From contig OZ024759.1 in assembly GCA_964016885.1 (NCBI GenBank), positions 31,992,001-32,056,000 on the forward strand: DNA of 64,000 nt, written 5' to 3'. Below, one piece after another: positions 30,070-44,264 of the stretch (positions within the stretch are counted from its first letter, which is position 1; every line of letters begins with the position of its first letter). The notes under the pieces are model-generated. The model searched no databases, was not told where the DNA came from, and worked only from the letters and a program-made list of their open reading frames with translations. The stretch comes from Eledone cirrhosa. Taxonomy: Eukaryota. The position numbers were made by a program, and so were the translations under genes.

Positions 30070-30185
30070 ATTACTGGTACTTTATTTTATCGACCTGGTA
30101 AGGATGAAAGGCAAAGTTAACCTCGGCGGGATTTGAACTCAGACCATAAAGGGCCGTAACTCTTTGCTGCAAAGCATGGCGTCAG
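30070..30185 (-). mobile_element. tRNA-derived SINE
   Basis: Same core as 59843-60022. Confidence 0.8.
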
Positions 30186-30414
30186 ACGTGAGATGTGATA
30201 ATAATAGTGTGGGTGTTTATAGAACCGAGTCTTAAAAAACCCGATAAACTTATGAGGGCCAATTTCGTATGAGGGCAGCTAAACCTACATGGGTATGAGA
30301 TGTAACCTCTACAACCTGATAGGATTGGGGACCCTGTTATTGAAACATACATACACAGACATACAGAGATGCACATGCCTATATAAGAACACGCAGACAC
30401 ACACACACACACAT

Positions 30415-30448
<34 letters not shown>

Positions 30449-30451
<3 letters not shown>

Positions 30452-30570
30452 ACAAAGAAGGTGTGGTAAGATACCAGGTGGACCATAACGGACCAGAGTA
30501 CTCGATACTTAGGGTAGTAGAGTGGGTAATAGGAAAGGCTCAGCCGTCGGGGTTCTGACTCTTTCCCTAT
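30449..30570. mobile_element. Family B rearranged fragment
   Basis: - strand 3' tail joined to + strand ctcagccgtcggggt. Confidence 0.7.
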
Positions 30571-30669
30571 ATATATATATATACATACATACATGCATAC
30601 ATATATATGTATGTATGTATACACCTATAATCTGAAAATTTAAACCAGAAGAATATACACACATATATA

Positions 30670-30972
30670 TATGAATAAAGTTAGTCCTTCATCAGTGATC
30701 TTCCAACCATCATTGGTATTTCATCGCTTTAAAGACCATATACCTCCGGTTGGTGCGAGCAACGGCTAAAGAAAGTCGTTGGGACACGTAAATAAGGGGA
30801 ACGAGCTAGAGTGTAAACAAACAAAGATGGTAAAGCAACGAAAAATGAGGAAGAAAGAGTCAAGTCCCAGATTTCCATGAATATAAGTTCGGTGAAATCG
30901 TGAACGAGAGAGAATAAAGACCATCAAACCTAGTCGAAATGTGAGCAAGGAAGGAATTCCGCACAGGTCAAA
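30670..30972 (-). mobile_element. Probable pLTR-like fragment truncated after the hammerhead 5' core
   Basis: - strand ..ggaagatca-CTGATGA-aggac.. with no GAAA half; bounded by (TA)n. Confidence 0.4.
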
Positions 30973-30985
30973 CATATATATATAT

Positions 30986-31262
30986 ATTATCAAGAAAACG
31001 AAAAATCAGTGATGCATCTGGACTTAGTTTATTTCGTGTTACAAATGTTTCGCCGGCATGTAGCTCGAGTCATGGTCCTTGTATGGATCTGGCTGATTCT
31101 ACTTCTGCGAGTTCTTTCAGACACGGGTGTTATGTCCGGAGCAAATTTTATCCAGATGCATCACTGATTTTTCGTTTTCTTGATAATATCTACACTCTAC
31201 TCTGATGAATATCGAGTGCTAAGATTGGCATACCGCCTACGGAAGCACCATAGCTACCACTA
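30986..31262. mobile_element. Family G element with hammerhead-like fold (31035-31125, -) between 37-bp inverted arms
   Basis: - strand cgtgt-CTGAAAGA..GAAA-c-attt-GTA-acacg; arms 30986-31022 and 31151-31188. Confidence 0.7.
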
Positions 31263-31265
31263 TAC

Positions 31266-31312
<47 letters not shown>

Positions 31313-31407
31313 CATATACGTAGATATATACGTACGTATATACATATTCACACATATGCATGCATAAAAATTATGCTTCCACACAGATATACACATACAT
31401 GCAATAT

Positions 31408-31447
<40 letters not shown>

Positions 31448-31937
31448 ATACACACACACACACACATACACACACACACACACACGCGCGCCTTGAGTCG
31501 ACGTTTCACCGTGGTAAACATCAAAAGCGATCATTAGGAAAGACAACATAATGTCATGGTGATTGTTTTCTGGATGGTAGTGGTGGTGGTCATGGTGTGG
31601 AGTGGCAGAGAGAGAGAGAGAGAGAGAAATATGATACCAGGAATATGAAAAAGCTAAGCGTGTTGTGTAGGGCATGGTTGGGTAGTGTAGGGCACGGTTG
31701 GATAAACTCCAGAGAAGATGAAAGACTTTAAAATATCAGAATGAGTTATATGAAAGATGAAACGATAATATAACATAATGCTTTAAACTTTCGAATATAT
31801 ATATATAGGTGTGTGTGTGTGTGTATGTATATATATATATATATATATACGCACGTATACATATTTATATATGGAAACTGTGTAATGGAGACGAAACAAA
31901 TGAAACGTTACGCGCACACACTCACATACACACACAA

Positions 31938-32002
<65 letters not shown>

Positions 32003-32038
32003 AACTCCAGAGCAACAATATTTAGCCCTAATAAAATG

Positions 32039-32090
<52 letters not shown>

Positions 32091-32159
32091 TCTCTCTCTA
32101 TATATATATAAATATGGTTTTATATATATATATATATATAAATATGGTTTTATATATAT

Positions 32160-32485
<326 letters not shown>

Positions 32486-32658
32486 TATATATATAACTCT
32501 AAACTTATGTGAGTGCTTCTGTGTGTGTGTGTGCATGTATAGACACACACACACATACACATACAGGAATATATATGTATCTGTGTATACATATATATAT
32601 ATATATAATATATATATATATGTGTGTGTATGTGTATAAATATATGCGAATACCTATG

Positions 32659-32717
<59 letters not shown>

Positions 32718-32854
32718 GTATGTATGTCTTTGTGTGTGTGTATATATATATATAGAGACACATGTAAAAAATTACCTCTATATATAAATATATACATACA
32801 TATATGCATACACACGTATGTATGGATATAAATATGCATATATATGTGTGTGTG

Positions 32855-32893
<39 letters not shown>

Positions 32894-32907
32894 AAATGTA
32901 TGTATGC

Positions 32908-32941
<34 letters not shown>

Positions 32942-32951
32942 GTATGTATGC

Positions 32952-33030
<79 letters not shown>

Positions 33031-33227
33031 CACATGTAAAAATTACCTCTCTCTCTATATATAAATATATACATACATATATACATATGGATATAAATAT
33101 GTATATATATGTGTATATGCATATGTATGTGTTTATGCATATGTGTTCTTTGAAAATGTATGTTTTACCCGAAATATAGAGACCAAGAAAATATTTCTAT
33201 ATCTTTGTTATTGTTATTCATAAATAA

Positions 33228-33365
33228 TTGTTTCTACTTTTGGCACAAGGCCAGCAGTTACACAGTACATTACTGGTACTATATTTTATCGACCCCGTAA
33301 GGATGAAAGGCAAAGTTAACCTCGACAAGATTTGAACTCAGACCGTAAAGGGACGTAACTATGCT
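33228..33365 (-). mobile_element. tRNA-derived SINE
   Basis: Conserved core plus gatttgaactcag. Confidence 0.8.
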
Positions 33366-33433
33366 AGAATGTTCAAGCTGCACTGCTTATAGCTTCCTGT
33401 CACACACTGTATTGTGTATATACACTCACACAT

Positions 33434-33468
<35 letters not shown>

Positions 33469-33612
33469 AACACACACACTCACAGATACACACTCACAGA
33501 TACACACTCACATGGCTATATCTGTGTACAGACAAACACACACATACATATATACACCTATGTACACGCACATACTCTCACAGCGACACTCACATGTATA
33601 TATATCTATGTA

Positions 33613-33677
<65 letters not shown>

Positions 33678-33744
33678 GACTGCCAAGACAATCAACACAG
33701 TTGAGGTATGTCATTCATTAATTCATATATTTGGAATCACTACT

Positions 33745-34935
33745 AGTGTTGTATGTTGTGTTGTGTTGTGTTGTATGCATCTGTCTTGTAATGTGTGTAT
33801 GTGTTGTATCTATGTATGTGTGATGTGTGTATGTGTTGTGTTGTATCTATGTATGTGTATTGTATGCATGTGTTGTTTTGTATGTATGTATGTGCGTTGT
33901 ATGTATGTGTTGTGTTGTATCTATGTATGTGTTGTGTTGTATGTATGTATGTGCGTTGTATGTATGTGTTGTGTTGTATCTATGTATGTGTTGTGTTGTA
34001 TGTATGTATGTGCGTTGTATGTATGTGTTGTGTTGTATCTATGTATGTGTTGTGTTGTATCTACGTATGTGTTGTGTTGTATGTATGTATGTGCGTTGTA
34101 TGTATGTGTTGTGTTGTATCTATCTATGTGTTGTGTTGCATGTATGTATGTGCGTTGTATGCATGTGTGTGTTGTGTTGTATCTATGTATGTGTTGTGTT
34201 GTATCTACGTATGTGTTGTGTTGTATGTATGTATGTGCGTTGTATGTATGTGTTGTGTTGTATCTATCTATGTGTTGTGTTGTATGTATGTATGTGCGTT
34301 GTATGCATGTGTGTGTTGTGTTGTATCTATGTATGTGTTGTGTTGTATCTACGTATGTGTTGTGTTGTATGTATGTATGTGTTGTGTTGTATGTATGTAT
34401 GTGCGTTGTATGCATGTGTGTGTTGTGTTGTATCTATGTATGTGTTGTGTTGTATGTATGTATGTGCGTTGTATGTATGTGTTGTGTTGTATCTATGTAT
34501 GTGTGTTGTATGTATGTGTGTGTTATGTTGTATATGTGTTGTGGTGTGTTGTATAAGTATTGTGTTGTATGTGTGTTGTGTTGTATGTGTGTTGTGGTGT
34601 GTGTGTTGTATGTGTGGTGTGGTGTGGTGTGTTGTATGTGTGTTGTGGTGTGGTGTGGTGTGTGTGTTGTATGTGTGGTGTGGTGTGTTGTGGTGTGGTG
34701 TGTTGTATGTGTGTTGTGGTGTGTTGTGGTGTGGTGTGTTGTGGTGTGGTGTGGTGTGTTGTATGTGTGTTGTGGTGTGTTGTGGTGTGGTGTGTTGTGT
34801 TGTGGTGTGTTGTATGTGTGGTGTGTTGTGGTATGTTGTGGTGTGTTGTGTTGTGGTGTGTTGTGGTGTGGTGTGTTGTGGTGTGGTGTGTTGTGGTGTA
34901 GTGTGTTGTATGTGTGTTGTGGTGTGTTGTATATA
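33745..34935. repeat. (TGTTG)/(TGTGG)/(TATG) compound satellite
   Basis: Directly visible; source of Cys/Val-rich spurious ORFs. Confidence 0.95.
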
Positions 34936-35354
34936 TGTTATATGTATCTGTGTAGTGAAGATGGCAATGCTGGTTGTGGTGTGAGGAGACTTCCTAGATT
35001 CCACCATTTCTCTTCTCATCGAAATTTTCCATTTCTACACCCAGCCCCCCCTCTCCTTCCATTCACTCTTCTATTGCTCCTTCTCTTTTGATTCACTCTC
35101 TCTCTATACCTCTTCCCCCTCCTCTTTCTCTTTCTCTTTCTCCCGGTCGATCTATCTATCTCTCTATCCATCTCTCTCTCTTTCTCTCTCTCTCTCTTTC
35201 TCTTTCTCTCTATATATCTCTCTCTCTATCTGTCTGTCTGTCTGTCTCTATCTGTATTCCCCCTCTCTCTTTCTATGATGGTTTCTCTGTCCCCCTCCGT
35301 CTCTGTCTCTCTATCTAGATCTCTCTTCCTCAGTAAAAGACATCGTCCACACTG

Positions 35355-35374
35355 TGACGTCAGCAGTGACGTCA
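35355..35374. promoter_or_regulatory. Two tandem full CRE sites
   Basis: TGACGTCA at 35355-35362 and 35367-35374 in a unique-sequence island. Confidence 0.55.
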
Positions 35375-35650
35375 ATAACCAGAACTCCTGGGGTTTGCTT
35401 CTTTCCTCTCTCAATCCTCACCTGAGTCCACCGAATGGGATTACACACACACACACAATGAGAGAGAGAGAGATAGTGTGTGTGTGTGAGAGTGTATGTG
35501 TCTGTGTGTGTGAGAGTGTATGTGTCTGAGAGAGAGAGACAAATTCTGACACACATACAATGAGAGAAATAGTGAGGGAGTGTGTTTACGTGTGTGAGAG
35601 AGAGACAAACTCTGACATACACACATACATACAATGAGAGATAGAGAGAC

Positions 35651-35701
<51 letters not shown>

Positions 35702-35855
35702 AACCCTCACATACACACACACACACACAATATACAGAGATCGAAATCAGATACCACACACACACACACACACAGCGACCGGAATCAGATACTACGCACA
35801 CACACACAAATACACTCACACATATACATACACGTTGACAAATGGTTCAGCTTAC

Positions 35856-35886
<31 letters not shown>

Positions 35887-35949
35887 CACGTGTGTGTATA
35901 GGACATGTGCAACACACATATATATATATATATATACACACACACATAA

Positions 35950-36033
<84 letters not shown>

Positions 36034-36229
36034 TTCTATACATAACTGCTACTGCAGGACATTCTCCTTCATCAGCTGCCTACAGACGATCACGCAGCTA
36101 TTTCGACAACTTCCGTCAGTATCACCTCCTCCACTGCTGTCGAGTATTGATACTTCCGGTGGGGTGAAAACAGGAGTGATGTCCGGCCATTTTTTTTTTT
36201 TTTTTTGCACACACGTTATCACCTTAACG

Positions 36230-36267
<38 letters not shown>

Positions 36268-36332
36268 TGATGATATTTGTATTTGAAATGCGCATAATAA
36301 AATACATGGAACTCTTTTAACCATCTTTTGAT

Positions 36333-36368
<36 letters not shown>

Positions 36369-36374
36369 ATCAAA

Positions 36375-36378
<4 letters not shown>
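36268..36378 (+). mobile_element. Family D-type fragment (3' half of hammerhead)
   Basis: GAAA-tgcgca-TA-ataaaat..; reverse complement of 55188-55258. Confidence 0.7.
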
Positions 36379-36406
<28 letters not shown>

Positions 36407-36409
<3 letters not shown>

Positions 36410-36953
36410 GATAAATCTACCAAGAGTTTACGGTAGTGTCCAATCCGTATGAAGAACTCAATGTATTCCGGATATCATGGAAAGAAGAGATGCAATGAAA
36501 AACGACTTTCGGTGAAAGATAAACGGTATACAGAGTCAAGATAAAATATTAAACAAATAATGAACAAACAATTCCTTATATTAAACAAAAAAAGTTCATT
36601 ATTTAACGATCGTTTCTAGGATATATATGTGTTATAATTGGTATGCATATTCAACAGATCTATGTACAAAATTATACAAAATTATACAAATTATCAAGAT
36701 TAAATATACATACCAAACACATATATACGCCGTCTTCAGAAATAATCATTATTTCTGAAGACGGCGTATATATGTGTTTGGTATGTATATTTAATCTTGA
36801 TAATTTGTATAATTTTGTATAATTTTGTACATAGATCTGTTGAATATGCATACCAATTATAACACATATATATCCTAGAAACGATCGTTAAATAATGAAC
36901 TTTTTTTGTTTAATATAAGGAATTGTTTGTTCATTATTTGTTTAATATTTTAT
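36407..36953. mobile_element. Family E element: 413-bp palindrome (36541-36953) with long-stem-II hammerheads
   Basis: 206-bp arms, 1-nt centre at 36747; tcattattt-CTGAAGA-(116 nt hairpin)-GAAA-cgatc-GTT-aaataatga at 36746-36898. Confidence 0.85.
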
Positions 36954-37160
36954 ATATATATATATATATATTTAGTTCTTTCGTTACTTTGGTATTGTGT
37001 GTTAGATTTTGCCTGCCACAATGTTCAATTTGTCAAGCTATTTAAACGTATGTTATTACTCTAAGCACCTACCCTTGTCGAGTGCTTTGCTAACTCATTC
37101 ATATCGTAGGTCGAATTTGCTTGCACACCGCCAAAGATTCGATTTTACTAAGCCTCCAAT

Positions 37161-37194
<34 letters not shown>

Positions 37195-37198
<4 letters not shown>

Positions 37199-37387
37199 AC
37201 GAGTAGGACCCCGACGGCTGAGCTCAAGCCGTTTCGACGGCTAATTCTGGACTCCAGAATTAGCCGTCGAAACGGCTTGAGCTCAGCCGTCGGGGTCCTA
37301 CTCGTTCCTATTACCCACTCTACTACCCTAAGTATTGAGTACTTTGGTGCGTTATGGTCCACCTGGTTCCTTACCACATTTCCTTCG

Positions 37388-37390
<3 letters not shown>
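37195..37390. mobile_element. Family B palindromic insert
   Basis: Centre at 37252 (tctgga-c-tccaga). Confidence 0.85.
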
Positions 37391-37438
<48 letters not shown>

Positions 37439-37449
37439 TTCTTTCATTT

Positions 37450-37735
37450 AATGAGTTGATAGGACGCTTTCTGGTTCTCGGCTCTCTGAGTTCAAATCCC
37501 ACCGAGGTCAACTTTGCCTTTCATCCTTTCGAGGTCGATAAAAAAAAGTACCACTGGGGTCGAGTCTTCCTCTATATCTCTTCCTCTCTCTTACCTTTTA
37601 TCTTTCTCTGCCTGGAAGAAATCTGCTGTAGTCAGCCCTGGAGAGGATATGGGCTCCGCCAGGCTTAAAATGCCCAAGACACGCCTTATGTTAGTACGGC
37701 GCTCCTACGACTCTGTCAGGAGTTACGGGACCATA
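37450..37735 (+). mobile_element. SINE with an extended 3' part
   Basis: Homologous to 25275-25620. Confidence 0.7.
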
Positions 37736-37749
37736 CATACATACATATA

Positions 37750-38076
37750 TACATATGAAGTAATTCCATCGGAAAAGTCCAGGAAAAAAGAGTGCTCTAT
37801 GTAAGCAACAGAGCTTAATTATTATTATTATGTAATAAACAACATAAGGCAATTATTCCATTTACCAGTGGTTTCTTAAAAGCAAAAGGTTTTGCTTTCA
37901 ATCCTCAGAATGAAAAATCCTGGTTTGTTTTACAAACCAGGATTTGTTTTACAAACCAGGAAAAACAAACCAGGATTTTTCATTCTGAGGATTGAAAGCA
38001 AAACCTTTTGCTTTTAAGAAACCACTGGTAAATGGAATAATTGCCTTATGTTGTTTATTACATAATAATAATAATA
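37750..38076. mobile_element. Family F element: inverted repeat (37820-38076) with hammerhead (37978-38037)
   Basis: tttcatt-CTGAGGA-ttgaaagcaaaa-cct-tttgcttttaa-GAAA-cc-act-g-GTA-aatggaa; spacer built of repeated acaaaccagga. Confidence 0.85.
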
Positions 38077-38284
38077 CATATATATATATACATATTTCGT
38101 TGACAAATATATCAATATGCCTAGACATGTAGATATATTGCCCTTGGTATGACAGTGTGGTTTTAGCTCAACGTAGGATAACTAGTATACTATATATATA
38201 TACATATATACATATATGATGGCTGCCCCCTCGTTATCGAGTTTGGCCATTGCACGATATAACATTATTAATAATTATCAATTA

Positions 38285-38470
38285 ATTGTTTCTACTTTAG
38301 GCACAAGGCCAGCAATTACCCAGTGCATTACTGGTACTTTATTTTATCGACCCCGTAAGGATGAAAGTCAAAGTCAACCTCGGCGGGATTTGAACTCAGA
38401 TCGTAAAGGGACGTAACTATGATGGAAAGCATGGCGTCCGACCCTCTACCGATACTGCCAATCCACCAAT
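38285..38470 (-). mobile_element. Near full-length tRNA-derived SINE
   Basis: Reverse complement of 59843-60022; flanked by taattatcaattaat on both sides (possible TSD). Confidence 0.85.
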
Positions 38471-39314
38471 AATTAATAATTATCAATTAATGCTATCTTG
38501 CAATGCCTGTGCGTGAAGATTTTTTTTAAAGTGAGGAAAGACTGTGCACTGAGCCAATCACACTCTCTGAGAGACAGTAGCTATAACCCGAAAAGAAGAA
38601 AAGATCAACATCATCGGTAACTACTGAGCCACAGGTTTTATGTGGGTGTTATCCCAGTTTCCTGAGTTGCCTTCTCCTACATACATACTTATCATGTCAT
38701 GTCATGCAGTTAGCAAATATGCTTCTGGTTTTGTGGTTAGGGTGTTGTTTGTGTACTCAAGATGATGATCTCGTGGGCTCCACCCTTCGGCCGGGTGGGA
38801 CGTTGAGTTCTCGGGTGTCCTTGTGCAACACTCCTCATTTCACGTTGCTTTTTATGATAGAAAAGGAAGTGAAAGAAGAGTCAGTATAACTGACACGTTT
38901 GTAGGTTTAGCTGGCCGCCATTGAGGTCGTATCTCATGAGAGGTTTCTTGGGTGATTTTAGGATTCGGTGATTGCGGTCCTAAACGTAAACAGAAACGTG
39001 AAATGAAGTGTCTTGCTCAAGAGCACAACACCACATCTTCTTCTTCTTCTTCTTCTTCTTCTTCTTCTTCTTCTTCTTCTTCTTCTTCTTCTTCTTCTTC
39101 TTCTTCTTCTTCTTCTTCTTCTTCTTCTCTCTTTCTCTATATTTCACTGTCCTCCTCCTTCTCTCTCTGTGTGTAAATTCAAGGGGTCACAGCCTTGACC
39201 GGGGCTTAGTCATGGTGAATCTCCCTGAGAACTATGTTAAGAGCACTCAAATGAAAACCTCAGCCAAATACATCTGCAGCTGTAGCACCCTGTCCTGCCC
39301 AAACCGTTAACAAT

Positions 39315-39439
<125 letters not shown>

Positions 39440-40067
39440 CGCATGCATACACATATTCACCGACGTACAAATATATACGCATAGATACATACACAGATGC
39501 ACATACGTACACATACACACACAATTAAAACACATGGCACCCTCCCGAAATTATCCTGTCAGTAAGTGGTTTTAAAGTGGTTATTGTATTGTTGGTGGTG
39601 GTGTTGTTGTTGTTGTTGATGGTGTTGGTGTTGGTGGTGGTGGTGTTGTTGTTGTTGTTGGTGGTGTTGTTGTTGGTGTTGTTGGTGTTGGTGTTGGTGG
39701 TGTTGGTGTTGGTGTTGTTGGTGTTGGTGTTGTTATTGATGTTGGTGTTGTTGTTGGTGGTGTTGTTGGTGTTGGTGGTGTTGGTGTTGGTGTTGGTGGT
39801 GTTGTTGTTGTTGTTATTGATGTTGTTTGTGTTTACAACAGGTGCAGTAACTCCATCAGTGATGTAACTAAGTGGCAGATGTTTGTTTTTCTGGGTTAAA
39901 GGTTGACATCATTCAACCGGCCTTCCAGCCGTGACACTTCTGACTTTCATTCCTTTCTCTCTCTCTCTCACACACACACAGATATATGCATCATGCACCC
40001 ACACGTACATATCTATATATGGTATATATCTAAAATACATGTATGATAAGAATCATACACCATATAT

Positions 40068-40440
40068 ATAACCACATGTCCATAGTATCGGAGCTGTGAT
40101 CTCTCAATTCTGAGAAGTAGCAGCTCTATCTAGAGCAACTCTCCAGTGATTCTATCCTGAGACCTTCTAACCACATGTCCATAGTATCGTAGCTGTGATC
40201 TCTCAATTTGGAGAAGGAGCAGCTCTATCTAGAGCAACTCTTTAGCAATTCTTTCCTGAGACCTTCTAACCACATGTCCATAGTATCGGAGCTGTGATCT
40301 CTCAATTCTGAGAAGTAGCAGCTCTATCTAGAGCAACTCTTTAGCAATTCTTTCCTGAGACCTTCTAACCACATGCCCATAGTATCGGAGCTGTGATCTC
40401 TCAATTCAGAGAAGTAGCGGCTCTACCTGGAGTGACTCTC
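40068..40440. repeat. 99-bp tandem repeat, ~3.7 units
   Basis: accacatgtccatagtatcggagctgtgatctctcaatt recurs every 99 bp. Confidence 0.95.
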
Positions 40441-41102
40441 TGATCTCCGAGCTACACACTCTATCGAGTAATGTTACTCAAAAGACTAGTTTAGGGTGTT
40501 TAAATACCAAGGTACCAGCCCTGTCTGCTGTGCTACTGTGTAAATGTGCACTCATTGATGGTGGTGGTAGTAGTGTTCATCGGTGACCGAGTTTTCTGCA
40601 TAATTTACATCAAATTCTGCTGCACCCTGTGAAACTATTTCCACGTCTAAAGATTCCATCGTCTTGAATGGATGTTTTGTAATTGTACCTTGCTCTCTCT
40701 CACTGTGTGTAAGGAGGGGGTCTTTGTGTGTGTGTGTGTGGAGGGTGCCTGTGTGTGCGTGTGCGAAGGTACCTTTATCTGTGTGTGTGTGTGTGTATCT
40801 ATGTGTGTGCCTCTGTACGTTTATCTATGTATGTGTGTACGCCTTTCTCTGTGTGTCTGTGTGTTGTTGGTTTAGGGGTGTGACTTAGTGAATAATATGA
40901 AGGTGTGTGTATATATATGTCTATGTATACATATGTATGTATGTGTGTATATGTATGTACGTATGTGTATATATCTGTATGTGTGTGTATGTATATATGT
41001 ATGTGTGTATGTATGTATATGTAAGTATTCTATATCTGATTCTTTTCACTTTTATTGTATACACTTGCCAAAAAAACAAAACAATTTTTAAGATAAGTAC
41101 TA

Positions 41103-41234
<132 letters not shown>

Positions 41235-41288
41235 CATACATAAAGAGATAGAGATATATCGATATATATATATATTTATACACTCATT

Positions 41289-41328
<40 letters not shown>

Positions 41329-41402
41329 CATACATACATAAAGAGATAACTTTCTATTAACATAAAGAGATAGACATATATCGATATATATATTTAAACA
41401 CA

Positions 41403-41517
<115 letters not shown>

Positions 41518-41875
41518 GAAAGTATAGAAATTATTGTGAACAAGAAGCCAACAGTATTCCATGATATATAAGTGACTATAATGTCAAAATGGAAAATAGT
41601 TAACGTAAGATGTGGGAAAATAATTCAAACTCAATTAGAAAAAAAATCAAGACAGAGATTTTATCCACAGATTTTGATAAATCCAGGGTAAGGGCAATAT
41701 ATATATGTATATATATTGTGTATATTTATATATACATACCCGCCTCCCTTATATATATATATATATATTATAATGAAATGACAGGAGGCTGGACTTGTGT
41801 AAATCCTTGAAAGGTTTATATATATTTATATATATATATATATAGTGTATATTTATATATACATACCCACCTGCC

Positions 41876-41935
<60 letters not shown>

Positions 41936-42074
41936 TGCGTGTGGTGGGGTGAACGCCTGTGAAGTTATGTTTCTTTATTAACGCCCTCACGTGAATATTC
42001 GAACGTGCTTGCGCGTTCGAAAATCGATAATACACTGCACGTACGATTTACGTAAGTACATATTATGAGAGAGG

Positions 42075-43190
42075 ATGGTGGTTGTGGTGGAGTGGTGGTG
42101 GTGGTGGTGGTGTAGGTGTTGATGTAGTGGTGGTGGTGGTGGTGTTGATGTAGTGGTGGTGGTGGTGGTGGTGGTGTTGATGTAGTGGTGGTGGTGGTGG
42201 TGGTGTTGATGTAGTGATGGTGGTGGTGGTGGTGGTGGTGGTGTTGATGTAGTGGTGGTGGTGGTGGTGGTGTTGATGTGGTGGTGGTGGTGGTGGTGGT
42301 GGTATTGATGTAGTGGTGGTGGTGGTGGTGGTGGTGGTGGTGTTGATGTGGTGGTGGTGGTGGTGGTGGTGGTGTTGATGTAGTGGTGGTGGTGGTGGTG
42401 GTGGTGTTGATGTAGTGGTGGTGGTGGTGGTGGTGTTGATGTAGTGGTGGTGGTGGTGGTGGTGGTGTTGATGTGGTGGTGGTGGTGGTGGTGGTGGTGT
42501 TGATGTAGTGGTGGTGGTGGTGGTGGTGTTGATGTAGTGGTGGTGGTGGTGGTGGTGTTGATGTGGTGGTGGTGGTGGTGGTGGTGGTATTGATGTAGTG
42601 GTGGTGGTGGTGGTGGTGGTGGTGTTGATGTAGTGGTGGTGGTGGTGTTGATGTAGTGGTGGTGGTGGTGGTGGTGGTGTTGATGTAGTGGTGGTGGTGG
42701 TGGTGGTGGTGGTGTTGATGTGGTGGTGGTGGTGGTGGTGGTGGTGTTGATGTAGTGGTGGTGGTGGTGGTGGTGTTGATGTAGTGGTGGTGGTGGTGGT
42801 GGTGGTGGTGTTGATGTAGTGGTGGTGGTGGTGGTGGTGTTGATGTGGTGGTGGTGGTTGTGTTGTAGGTGTTGATGGTGGTGGTTGTGGTGGTTGTTTG
42901 GTGGTGGTGGTGGTGGTCGTGGCAGCGGTGTTTGTGATGGTGGTGGTGGTTGTTTGGTGGTGGTGGTGGTGGTGGCAGCGGTGTTTGTGATGGTGGTGGT
43001 GGTGGTTGTTTGGTGGTGGTGGTGGTGGTGGCAGCGGTGTTTGCGATGGTGGTGCTGTGTGATGTGATGGTGGTGGTGGCAGCGGTGTTTGTGATGATGG
43101 TGGTGGTGGTGGTTGTTTGGTGGTGGTGGTGGTGGTGGTGGCAGCGGTGTTTGTGATGGTGGTGGTGGTGGTGTGATGATGGTGGTGAGA
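42075..43190. repeat. (GTG)n array punctuated by ttgatgta
   Basis: Directly visible. Confidence 0.95.
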
Positions 43191-43759
43191 AAGGAAAGGA
43201 GCCGATCATTTGATCAGACCCAAACCAAAGGAAACAATGTCTCCATTGGTCTTTCCAGATATAATTAATACGAATATAATCAAGAGTTTAATGAGAATTA
43301 AACATTTTATTTGTTTTACGTACGTTTCACCAAGTGTAGAAATTAACAAAAGATAGGAAATATATAGGACACACTTGACGCACAGACACACACACACACA
43401 TATATATTTATATATACATATATACACACACTCACAGACATGCACACCCACACATATTTATATATACATATATACACACACTCACAGACATGTACACCCA
43501 CACATACACACACATATATTTATATATATATACACACATTCACAGACATATATATATGTGTTATAAAGGATATTTAACTTCGTGTGTTGGGTGCGTGGCG
43601 CTCCCATAAGTACGCCTTACAACATACGTCAGTAAAGGCTCTTTGTCTATGTAACTATCTATAACTATGTATTTACATGTATACACACATACATATACAC
43701 ATATACACATACATACATATATATCCTATCATAATCCCTTCCACACCTTCATGGTGGTG

Positions 43760-44248
43760 TAGTCAGTGACTAAACCGGCAACCCCACCAAGCTTCCTTGG
43801 TGAGGAGGGTGATTTTGGACACCCTGCGAGATGAAAAACAAGACTCGTCAAAGGGAAGAGGAACTCAGGAGAGTCAACGACCATCCAATAAAGATTTCTT
43901 GTTTTTGTGGAGCGAGAGACCCCTAGTCTTCATTAAGACATCTCCATAGGAGAAGGTCACCTCTGATGTAAAACCTGCGACTTCGTTTGCATCCAATGAC
44001 GTAGACCAGTTCTAGTTTTGAGGTAAATGCATTTGATGTTCAGAGAGTGGGACTGGCCCCGTGCAAAGCCTTTCCTCACTTAAAAAAGCTTCAAGTACAG
44101 GCACTGCTTGATATGTGATATTTATGCTGGCCATAGGAAAGTCCCTAGCATGACTAAAAAGCCATGTCCATGATGCTGGAGGATCAAGGGATGTACATGG
44201 TGAAGTATCAAGGGATGGCATTACTAGAAATTGAGTTGCAGCTATCAT
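43760..44248 (+). mobile_element. Family L diverged copy
   Basis: Colinear with 21552-22103 (gactaaac.ggcaacc.caccaag.tt.cttggtgaggagggtga..; gagagtgggactgg). Confidence 0.7.
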
Positions 44249-44264
44249 GTATATATATATATAT

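Noticed and set aside
36050-36080. CTGATGA on - strand as a hammerhead
   Set aside because: No downstream GAAA or closing stems
41965-43209. His/Pro/Thr-rich 414-aa ORF
   Set aside because: A (CAC)n array with shifting register, not a stable coding pattern
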